A DNA stretch of 64,000 nt from Sarea resinae (Eukaryota): contig JAPEUD010000056.1 of the NCBI GenBank assembly GCA_026026165.1, positions 62,001 through 126,000 of the forward strand. Direction: 5' to 3'. The notes under the pieces were generated by a model that had not been told where the DNA came from, did not search any database, and was given only the letters and a program-made list of their open reading frames with translations. Shown one piece after another: positions 26,331-41,734 of the stretch. Numbering within the stretch: position 1 is the first letter of the stretch; each line of letters opens with the position of its first letter. A program made the translations under genes and the position numbers.

Positions 26331-29290
26331 ATGAAGTTCAATATAGAGTGGGTGATGTATGATCTGGAGTCGTCACCACCGTTGTGCTGATCTTGCTCTC
26401 ACCAGCGACCTGCCCGTCCTCTTTCCATACCCTCGGATTTATCCAGGTAAGACCGATGGCGAAGTTTCACGGTATCATGCTAACACATTCAAGAGCAATA
26501 TGCGTGAGTGCTTCTATGAAAGGAACTTGTCTGCCTGTTGTATTGATCCGGTCATCATGTCTTCAGCTACATGTGCGATCTTAAGCGTAAGTTCAACCTG
26601 GCTGTGTGTCGTGTGTCGTTGCGCTGCAATCGTTAAAGCTCATGCCTTCCAGGGACGCTCGATGCGGGTGGCCACTGCGTACTGGAGATGCCTTCGGGGA
26701 CGGGCAAAACAGTCTCCCTTTTGTCTCTGATTGTGGCCTATCAGCAATACTATCCCGAACACAGGAAGCTCATCTACTGCTCCCGTGAGTACCACCGCCG
26801 AATCACATAATCAGCGCACAGCTTGGAGATCTAATAATATAGGTACCATGTCCGAAATCGAAAAGGCATTGGCGGAATTGAAAGCTTTGATGAAATATCG
26901 GACCGAGCAGTTGGGCTACGAAGAGGACTTCCGCGGATTAGGCTTGACAAGTCGAAAGAACTTATGCTTACATCCCTCTGTGAAACGAGAGAAGAGTGGC
27001 GCTGTCGTTGACGCTCGGTGTCGAAGCTTGACGGCGGGTTTCGTTATGGAAAAGAAGGAAAGAGGTGAAGATGTTGAACTGTGCATCTACCATGATGTAA
27101 GCTATGCAACCGGTAGTATAAAATTACGTTTCTAACCCTTTCAGAATCTGTACCTATTGGAGCCACATAATCTCATCCCTTCTGGCGTCTGGACACTCGA
27201 CGGCACTTTGAAGTATGGGGAGGAGCACAAGCAGTGCCCTTACTTCACAGTCCGACGAATGGTATGTTTCCCTGAACTAGACGTCAAGTCGTTTACTAAA
27301 TCAGTCAGATGCCGTTCTGTAACGTCATCATCTACTCTTACCATTATCTGCTCGATCCTAAAATCGCCGAAAGAGTATCAAAAGAGCTGTCAAAAGACTG
27401 TATCGTTGTCTTTGATGAGGCCCATAACATCGACAACGTCTGTATCGAGTCTCTTAGCATTGACCTTACCGAGGATTCTTTACGAAAAGCTACTCGAGGA
27501 GCAAACAATCTCGACCGAAAGATTACCGAGATGAAATCTTCAGATGCAGATAAATTGCAAAATGAGTATGCAAAGCTCGTCGAAGGTCTACGAGATGCTG
27601 GAGACGCTAGAGACGAAGATGCCTTCATGGCGAATCCTGGTAGGACTTTTGTCCATCTGAATGGTATAGGCACTGATGTTTCACATAGCCTTGCCCGATG
27701 ATCTGCTCAAAGAAGCAGTTCCAGGGAACATACGAAGGGCGGAGCATTTCGTCGCTTTCTTAAAGCGATTTGTTGAATATCTCAAGGCAAGCTTGACCTG
27801 CACGCCGCTGCAGAGTCTCCGCTAATGTGGTTCCTCAGACGCGAATGAAAGTGCTGCATGTCATTTCCGAAACTCCGCCCTCTTTTCTGCAGCATCTCAA
27901 AGATTTGACCTTTATCGAAAGAAAACCTTTAAGGTAAAGTCCATGAAAACGCATAGCTCACGATCCATTTCTAATCGGACTCAACATTTTAGATTTTGTG
28001 CTGAACGCTTGACTTCCTTGGTCCGCACATTAGAACTTTCTAATATCGAAGACTATCAACCTCTGCAAGAAGTGGCTACATTTGCCACGCTAGTCGCAAC
28101 CTACGACACAGGATTTCTTCTAATCCTCGAACCTTATGAATCCGAAACCGCTACTGTACCAAATCCCATCCTTCATTTCACCTGCCTTGATGCTGCGATA
28201 GCCATCAAGCCAGTCTTTGATCGTTTCAGCTCTGTCATTATCACTTCTGGTACCATCTCGCCTCTTGAAATGTATCCCAAGATGCTCGGATTCACTACAG
28301 TTGTTCAGGAGTCGTACAGTATGACACTGGCTCGTCGTTCATTCTTGCCGATGATCGTCACCAGAGGCAGTGATCAGGTCGCCATCAGCTCTGGCTTCCA
28401 GATACGTAACGAACCGAGTGTCGTCAGGAACTACGGGAACCTTTTGATGGAATTTTCCAAGATTACGCCAGATGGGGTTGTCGTCTTCTTCCCTAGCTAT
28501 CTATACATGGAATCGATCATTAGCATGTGGCAGGGAATGGTAAGGGGCCACTCTATACCTCTGAAATGTGGTGCACTAACTCTTGTAGGGCATCCTTGAC
28601 GAGGTCTGGAAGTACAAGCTCATTCTTGTCGAGACACCCGATAGTCAAGAGACGTCACTGGCACTTGAGACATATCGTACCGCTTGTTGCAATGGACGAG
28701 GCGCTATCCTCCTCTGTGTGGCCCGGGGAAAGGTTTCTGAGGGTATCGATTTCGACCATCACTATGGTCGCACTGTCATCTGTATCGGTGTGCCTTTCCA
28801 GTACACCGAAAGTCGTATTCTCAAAGCGAGGCTGGAGTTCCTAAGGGAGACGTACCGCATCCGCGAAAACGATTTCCTCTCTTTCGACGCCATGAGACAC
28901 GCAGCACAGTGCCTTGGGCGCGTGCTTCGAGGGAAAGATGACTACGGCATAATGGTACTTGCCGATAGGCGTTTTCAAAAAAAGAGGACTCAGCTCCCGA
29001 AATGGATCAATCAGGCCATGCTGGAGTCTGACACAAATTTGAGTACTGATATGGCGGTTGCCAGCGCGAAGAAATTTTTGCGGACTATGGCTCAGCCTTT
29101 TAGAGCCCAGGACCAGGAAGGCATTAGCACGTGGAGTCTCAGAGATTTGGAGAAGCACAAAGAGAAGATGGAAGAAGATAAAATCCGAGAACTTCAGAGC
29201 GGAAACACTGATGGCACGACGATAAAACGGCCGGTGGATGAATTTGGCGACGATGATGTAGAGGCAGCGATGATGGAGATGGATGGATAG
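26331..29290 (+). CDS. RAD3: TFIIH 5'-3' DNA helicase XPD (Rad3/Rad15), multi-exon
   Basis: Spliced N-terminus [49 protein letters not shown]. Also [12 protein letters not shown] (Fe-S region), [27 protein letters not shown] and [16 protein letters not shown]. Confidence 0.97.
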
Positions 29291-29733
29291 TCGGCATTTT
29301 CTTGTTGGATAGGTAGGCGTTCAGGATGGCCAGGTATTTCGGACAGGGAGTCCATCGGCGAACGACAATTCAGACGAAAAATGCTATTTCCGGATCGCTC
29401 CTTTCTCATTCGTGTCATTCACGCCCCCATCATCCACGTCAAAACATTCACTCTCTTGTTGCTCTACGACAAACGTACCAGCCACCCACATTGTAATAAT
29501 GACAACAACCCAATTGACCACCGTCTATCTCACGAGCGCATCCATTATCCTTCATCTCAATCATGAACCAGACCTGCGCCATCAATCGACCACCGATTCT
29601 CTAAGCTCATCACTTCTTTCCTTGGTCTTGCTCCACTCAAGTCCGATATCCACTCAAACCTCAAATACCACCCAAATTCGATATTCAAAATTGATACTCA
29701 TTTCATCGCATTTTTACCCCACTACGACTCACG

Positions 29734-30586
29734 ATGGAATCTGTTCAATTCAATGCCGAAATGGAGCTTGAGTACCCTCAGACCACAAGCTCTGCTTCTG
29801 CCGGTTCGTTCTGCCGCAATGGAGCTGAAGACCAAATGGGCCTCTCTCTGGCCATCGATAGTCTAATTGCGGATACGCGCATGGACGTGGAGATGTCTTA
29901 TGTTTTCGGAGGCCTCATTATGGGTGAAGCTCAACGTTGTGACATGAGTAATGTAAGCGACCACTTTCTTCTTCTAACCTGTTGGCACTTCTTTTGTGTC
30001 TTCCAAACAGATATCGAGAGACAAATGCTATCTACGTTGTCTACTTCGTATGCTAATGACAATTTAGGGGGACCCGTCCTACGAGCTAGACCAGAACCTC
30101 CGGGAGGTGTGTCTACAATTCTCACTTGTGCGTTCTTCCTCGTCTCCATTTCGTATATCTTTTCGAGTCGCTCTTTGCTCCAAAAGAGTCCTGTCATACT
30201 CTTTCAAGTTCATATTACCCGAAGACTAGAGACATAGACTAACAAAAAGTCAGATGGCAATATCACAAGTACACCACGAACGAGACGAGCATCTGAGCCT
30301 CAAGGAAAGCAATAAATTGAGGGAGTGGGTTGGCAACAAGAAAGACAAGACCGGTCGAAAGAGAACGGATGCGCCCCGAACTGAGACAAAGGCGGGCAAG
30401 ATCAAACGAAGTGCTCTACCAAAGAGTGGAATGGCAACAACGCTCCGTACACGAGTGCTCCAAGAAGGTAGTGGACGGGGACGGGGACGGATTTTGGGGG
30501 AGCAGAACAGGATCACCAAGCTCAGGCCCCAGGACTTAAATAAGGCTATCAAGGCACGAGCCATGAAGAAAGCAGGGCAAGTTTGA
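29734..30586 (+). CDS. Hypothetical 196-aa protein, paralogue A of an inverted pair (acidic N-terminal motif, Lys/Arg-rich C-terminus)
   Basis: Exons 29734-29952, 30068-30106 and 30254-30586. Phase-0 introns gtaagc..gctaatgacaatttag and gtgtgt..gactaacaaaaagtcag. Motif DQMGLSLAIDSLIADTRMDVEMS is shared with paralogue B. Confidence 0.72.
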
Positions 30587-30802
30587 GGGTGGAGCGGGTG
30601 GGGATGGTCCACTGGAGCAGAACGGAAGAGCTACTCGGTTTTTTCTTTCTTTTTTTCGTTCTTTTCTGTTTGACGGGATGGTCGGCTCGCATTTCGTATT
30701 TCCCATGGCCTGGATAGTCCTGGGATGTTGGATGGCCTGGATGGGCTTCGGATGTTGGATCTGTCTTATCTCTCCTTATCTGTATACGATGCTCCCGCCC
30801 CA

Positions 30803-30872
30803 GGAGTCGAGCTGTGGCTCGCCCTACTCCCCCCTCGGGGGTCGAGCTGTGGGTGGGCTTACTCCTCCTAGG
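30803..30872 (+). repeat. Two tandem 35-nt hairpin-capable repeats downstream of paralogue A
   Basis: GGAGTCGAGCTGTGGCTCGCCCTACTCCCCCCTCG followed by GGGGTCGAGCTGTGGGTGGGCTTACTCCTCCTAGG. Confidence 0.9.
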
Positions 30873-31447
30873 GGTGAGAGGGCATGATGGGCCGATCGAA
30901 ATTCCGCATAGTATCAGACGCGTAACACCCTCTCCGCCGGCTCCTTTATTCTGTTCTATCTATCTTGTACTACTCGTGGCATACCAAAAAACCTAGAGCA
31001 ATCAAAATCGCCCAAAAAAAAAGGTTGAAAGCATCCAAAGAGTTCATTCGCATATGCACGAGCTCATTTCGCGGAGAACTGCGTGCTTTGACCAGACCGT
31101 GAGAATATAGAAGCAAAGTGTTATTTCTTTTGCTTTGATCTATCCATCCGGTCTGTTGTCTTCTAGTCTCACATTACTCGTCTCGCTCACTCGTCGGTAG
31201 TCGAAGACCACAGCTGATGCTTGAGAGGAAGTCTTGTTTGTTTCTTGTCTCGTTTTCTACCGCAGTTCTAATACCCATTCTATGACATGTCCAGTGGCTA
31301 TGGCAACAGCCACGAAGACAACGACGACTTCACACGACTCAGGGGGGTGGGGGGCAGCTCGAGTGACGAAGGTTCACGAGAACTATGCAAACAACACCAG
31401 TTGGATATGAATTACCAGCCAACGAGTGAGCTTTCCGGCGCCACTAA

Positions 31448-31465
31448 GGCTACATGCATGTAGCC
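31448..31465. repeat. Perfect 18-bp palindrome
   Basis: GGCTACATGCATGTAGCC equals its own reverse complement. Confidence 0.95.
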
Positions 31466-31702
31466 CGTCAAACATACACGATTGACTCGGATTCTTATGC
31501 TCATACATCATCTGTGGACGGGATGTCATGATTCAGCAAGGCGTGAAAACATCAGTAACATATAAAGGCTTTTTTTCTCTTTGTTTGTGCGACTCTGGAG
31601 TCTTTTATGTCTGTAGATACAGAAGGGTAACATGTTCCGAGGAAGAGGGAGACCCCTGTGCCTTATACTGGAGACCGACTAGCGCCCAAAAGACACACCT
31701 GC

Positions 31703-31823
31703 CCGAGGAAGAGTAGGCCACCCACAGCTCAACTCCCGCAAGAGGAGTAGGGTCACCCACAGCTCAACCCCCGAGGGGGGAGTAGGGCGACCCACAACTC
31801 GACTCCGGGGGAAGGAGTAGGGT
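31703..31823 (-). repeat. Three (plus one partial) tandem 34-35-nt repeats downstream of paralogue B
   Basis: Minus strand: GGAGTCGAGTTGTGGGTCGCCCTACTCCCCCCTCG / GGGGTTGAGCTGTGGGTGACCCTACTCCTCTTGCG / GGAGTTGAGCTGTGGGTGGCCTACTCTTCCTCG. Confidence 0.9.
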
Positions 31824-32108
31824 AGGCACAGAAATGAGAGACGAAATCGTGGCAAGCCATCCAGAGGACGAGATAGCAAATGGAAAAAGAAAAGCATGAA
31901 AGATGTTTCCAACCCACAAACCTAACCTCCAGACAAGAACTTTCCCCAGGTTAATCCCCGATCATTCAATCACAGTAAAGAAACAAGATAACAAGAAAAG
32001 GACATGACAGACCCCATCGCCCGCTGTCTGTCTCTTCTCCCGTAACTTTCTCTGATCATGCCTCAGCCCAGCCTCAGACGATCACTTTTCCTCTGCAAAC
32101 AAGCCGCA

Positions 32109-32864
32109 TCACTTTCTCTTGGCCACACCATTGTTGGAACCCTTCTTGCCCGTCCCGAGGACTGGACTTGCCCTTCTCTGGGCCTTCGATCTCCTCTCGA
32201 GACGGCTATCCGTCGGAGGGCTGGAAAGAATGTCGCCCTTCTTGCTACTCTTTCGACTAGTCTTAGCATTTCTAGCTTCCGATCTAGCCTTCAGCGTCTT
32301 GGAGGGGCGACTTTCGACGCGTGATAAGTCCAGCTACCCTTCGTCAGTCTATGGCTCTCCCACTAAGGCTAGATAAGGAGCAGCAGGGCAAAGTGATCAA
32401 CGATATCGATCACTTGAGTGAATGACGAACAAGAGAAAATAAATAGCACACCTCTTCGAGCATGTGCTTCGGATGTACTTGCATGTAATACGCGAAGCAG
32501 TTGCCCTCGGGGTCGCTTGCCAATTCTTCGTAGTGTTTCAGGCCTTTGTTGCCGGCAAACTAATCGACATTAGCATCGAGTGCGGAAGGAGATGTTATAC
32601 TGTTTGAGACAGATCTCTTCTAAATATATAGGGAGAGACTAGCCCTCAAGTGGGAAGAAAAAAGGGTAAACTGACAGCTTCAGTCGCCATCGCGGTGTTT
32701 GCGCAGGCCATATCAAGGGACCCAATCAATGAACTCAGATCAACCTCCATCCGAGTATCTGCGATCAGGCTATCGATAGCCGCAGAAAGATCCATCGAAT
32801 CGCCATGGTACTCGAATGCTTGAGGGGCGCAGAATGCGTTGGAACCGTAAACGGAAGATGTCAT
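32109..32864 (-). CDS. Hypothetical 173-aa protein, paralogue B of the inverted pair (possibly C-terminally truncated)
   Basis: Exons 32864-32676, 32559-32452 and 32333-32109. Phase-0 introns gtcagt..gctaatgtcgattag and gtgtgc..gactgacgaagggtag. Motif DSMDLSAAIDSLIADTRMEVDLS, with a basic exon 3 (LDLSRVESR...GVAKRK*). Confidence 0.68.
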
Positions 32865-33628
32865 CTTCTCAATTATGATATTGAGCGAAGGGTAGGCACG
32901 AATGATTGAAGCGAGTATTTTGATGAGCTGAGAGGCAGAGAAGGACCCAGACGAAGACAATGATGAGCTTAGACTCGCAAGCCAGGCCTTGGATGAATTT
33001 CGTGATGAGCGTAGAGTGGCAGACCAAGAATGATAGAGGAAATTATGGGCTGAGAGGATCAATTCAGGTGGATTTCCAGAGGCTGGTTCGTGTTTGAAGA
33101 AGGAAAAGAAGGAGAAGAAGGAAATCAAGAAGGCGGATGATAGTTGCGCAAAGAGACGCGTGAATGAGAAGTGCGGAGTTGTGGGTGGCTGGGTGGGGCG
33201 ACAGCGGTATTCATTCACAACATTCATAGATGGAAGGGACGAGAGGATGGAGTGAATGTTTTGATGTGAATGACGTGGGCGCATGGTGGGTGTAAGTGGT
33301 ATAAACAGGGAAGGAGCGACCGCGCGAGAGAAAGGGGGAAAGCTCGAGGAGGCAAATGATGAACGAATGTGGTGAGCAGCGGCAACGGTAAACCACAGGG
33401 TGCAGCATGGCGTCGCAAAAGGACGAAGAATGTGTTGTATTTAGGATACAGCTCTTACGCCGAAGAGTGAACAATCTCTGCCTCGAGCAGATAGATAGAT
33501 AGGTCATCTTATCTTGCCTTCATATATTCAGACGCCTTAGCTATGCCGACCAAGTGTAAAGAAATAGAAAGAAGACTTCATGGAGTCACACAGACACGGA
33601 ACGATAATTACTCATTCAATCAATCAAT

Positions 33629-38927
<5,299 letters not shown>

Positions 38928-39462
38928 GATGGCGGATGGCAGAAAGAGAAGAAAAAAACCCTCGGGCTTCTGTGTCTTGCGCAGCCAGCTCTAGCAACGA
39001 CTGCAACCGCCAACACCGTTCACCCCTGCTTCAATCCTCCTGAATCAAAGGCAGAGCGAGGCGGCGAGAATTGTTGCTGCTGCTCCTGTTGCTGCTATCT
39101 GAGCAAGAAAGTGGCATGGATTGGCGGGAAAGAAGGTAAGTTTTTCTCGAATATCGACGGCGATCTCCGCGCGAAAGCGAAAGAAACGTTACAAACACAC
39201 GCGACAAACGCCGGACGCAACTAGCGCATCGCGGCAGAAATCTGAGCAGTACTTTGTATCCTGGTAGTCGTAGATCCAGTCCACCACCACGAACTGTACA
39301 GTCGGACGCTCACGTCTTCACTTCTCCATCTCTGTCTGTCTGTCTACAGGGCATTCATCTCTCCCATCAGCGCCATCTCCCCTCCCTTCGCCACATCTCT
39401 CTCTTCTCTCGCTATCGCAGCCTCTCATCATAGTGGTTACTCACCACCACCTCACCACAGAG

Positions 39463-41265
39463 ATGGCCGACGTCTCCTCCAACTCGCTCAAACGACCCCA
39501 TCCGGAAGATGACTTGCACAACCCTCAGAAGAAATCCCGTTCGAACACAGGATCTCCCGCACCTGGTACCAACGGTACAGCTCGACCAGATGTCAGCAAG
39601 ATGATGGCCGAGGCCCGCGCACGCGCCGCGGCTGTAGCTGCGCGTCTGCAAGGTTCCAGGGCTGCTCCGCCGGCCGGCCCCTCGCAATCCCCGCCCTTGG
39701 GCATATCACCGTCTCCATCGCCCGGGCTTCCGCCAGCGTCGGTGTCGGGTGGCGCGATGTCAAAGTTGGACCAGCTTAGGGCCCGGGTGGCGGCCGCGAC
39801 GGGCAAGACCAACGCGGCTTCTATGCAGCAGCGAACGGCTTCACCTGCGCATACGTACCCGACACCGGACATGGACGAAGGACCGTCGAGGGCAAGAGGC
39901 GGACTCGACGTCGGTTTGCATCCGGCTCTATTGGGAGACTCGGGCCAGGACGGACGAGCGTGGCAGGCTAGGGGTATGCAGCCCAAGTTTGCTACGACCA
40001 TGGCAAATCGACGCAGCACCGAATCGCCAGCGCCTTCCGGTCAGAGACATGGCAAGGGCAAGAAGCAGCTCGATCTCTCGGGCCCGTCCGCCGAAGAGCT
40101 CAAATCCAATCCCTACTACGATGCCAGTCTGGGGCCTCAGGGGAACTCGAGAAGCAGGGGCTCGCGCCAGCTCGTCTTCAACCAGAAAGGCAAATACATC
40201 CAGCAAGCCAACGCGCTGCGCCGGCAAGCCGCCCTCGAGGAGATGAAAAAGCGCATCGCGGAATCGTCACGGCGCGCCGGCATCGACGAGGACCTGGACA
40301 CCGAAAAGGCCTTCCTCGTCCAAGCGCCGCCGGAAATCGAATGGTGGGACGAAGGCCTCGTGGCCACGCCCAACTACGACCACATCTCGGACGACCCCGC
40401 GAACCTCAAGATCGACTCCTCGGACTCCATCATCACCATCTACATCCAACACCCAGTCCTGCTCGACCCGCCGCAGGACAAGAACATGCCCGCCCCCAAA
40501 CCCATGTACCTCACCCCCAAGGAGCAGGCCAAGCTACGTCGCCAACGCCGCCAGGCCGACCTCAAAGAACAACAAGCCAAGATCCGCCTCGGGCTCGAGC
40601 CGGCGCCGCCGCCCAAGGTCAAGAAATCCAACCTCATGCGCGTCCTCGGCGAAGAAGCAGTCAAGGACCCGACGGCGGTCGAGGCGCGCGTGAACCGCGA
40701 GATTGCCGAGCGCGCGCACAAGCACGAGGAGACCAACGAGGAGCGCAAGCTCACCAAGGAAGAGCGGGCCGAGAAGGTGGCGGCGCAGCAAGAAAAGGAC
40801 GCGCAGCGCGGCATCCGCTGCTCCGTCTACAAGATCGACACCCTCTCCAACGGCCGCCACCGCTTCAAGATCGCCAAGAACGCCGAGCAGAACGCGCTGA
40901 CGGGCGTGTGCATCCTGCATCCCAAGTTCTGCCTCGTCGTCGTCGAGGGCGGCGAGCACAGCATCGCCGCCTACAAGAAGCTGATGCTGAACCGCATCGA
41001 TTGGACCGAGACGGCCACGCCCAACGCCGTCGTCCGCGAGGGCAACAAGGAGGCCCTGGCCAGCTGGCTGCAGGCCGAGGACGAGCGCGGCGAGCCCAAG
41101 GATCTGAGCCTCAACAAATGCACCCTGGTGTGGGAGGGAGAGCTGAAGGCACGCGCCTTTCGGAAGTGGGGCAGTCGTGTGTGCGAGACGGATTCCGCCG
41201 CCCGGGATGCGCTGAGTAGGGCCAAGATGGACAATTTCTGGACTCAGGCTAAGAGCATGAAGTAG
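39463..41265 (+). CDS. PRP3: U4/U6 snRNP protein Prp3
   Basis: Single exon with PPEIEWWD, ITIYIQHP, MYLTPKEQAKLRRQRR, PPPKVKKSNLMRVLGEEAVKDPTAVEARV, YKKLMLNRIDW and NKCTLVWEG. Confidence 0.96.
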   Translation: MADVSSNSLKRPHPEDDLHNPQKKSRSNTGSPAPGTNGTARPDVSKMMAEARARAAAVAARLQGSRAAPPAGPSQSPPLGISPSPSPGLPPASVSGGAMSKLDQLRARVAAATGKTNAASMQQRTASPAHTYPTPDMDEGPSRARGGLDVGLHPALLGDSGQDGRAWQARGMQPKFATTMANRRSTESPAPSGQRHGKGKKQLDLSGPSAEELKSNPYYDASLGPQGNSRSRGSRQLVFNQKGKYIQQANALRRQAALEEMKKRIAESSRRAGIDEDLDTEKAFLVQAPPEIEWWDEGLVATPNYDHISDDPANLKIDSSDSIITIYIQHPVLLDPPQDKNMPAPKPMYLTPKEQAKLRRQRRQADLKEQQAKIRLGLEPAPPPKVKKSNLMRVLGEEAVKDPTAVEARVNREIAERAHKHEETNEERKLTKEERAEKVAAQQEKDAQRGIRCSVYKIDTLSNGRHRFKIAKNAEQNALTGVCILHPKFCLVVVEGGEHSIAAYKKLMLNRIDWTETATPNAVVREGNKEALASWLQAEDERGEPKDLSLNKCTLVWEGELKARAFRKWGSRVCETDSAARDALSRAKMDNFWTQAKSMK

Positions 41266-41734
41266 CCCCTTTTTTTTTCTTTGCCCAATGTTTTATCCCT
41301 TCTTCTCTACGTGTACCACCCTTTTTTCACCCTCTCTCTATCTCACTCTGCTCTTTCTTTGTAGTCATTTATGCACCGCATGAGCGCTACTATTTGCGGA
41401 CAGCTACCTTGTTAATTCTTTCGAGATGAATGAGATTGGAGCCCCGTGGTGCCGTGCCAGCAGGTTCAGCATTTTCTTCATTCAGCGTAGCCAAGACCAA
41501 CCAGCCAGCCAGTCAGGGGCCAAGCTGAGAAATGTCAAAATTGTCTAGTATAGGTGATAAGGATGAATTGAAGGAATAAAACGTTTATATGCTATGCCAC
41601 ATTTCCCACCGATCCAGTCGTCAGTGTTAGACTACAGGAAGAGTGAAGGGGGAAAAGGGCGAGAGAAATGCCCGCTCAGACGCCTCCCGAAAGCCAAAGA
41701 TCAGATAAATTATACATGCTACATGGAGCTGCCA

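Noticed and set aside
30803..31823. 35-nt repeats as a CRISPR array or SECIS elements
   Set aside because: Eukaryotic context, no unique spacers and no cas genes. No SECIS AUGA/GA core, and ascomycetes are not known to have selenocysteine machinery.
29400..33300. Inverted pair as the terminal inverted repeats of a DNA transposon
   Set aside because: The arms are highly diverged, contain spliced genes, lack sharp termini or a visible target-site duplication, and enclose no transposase.
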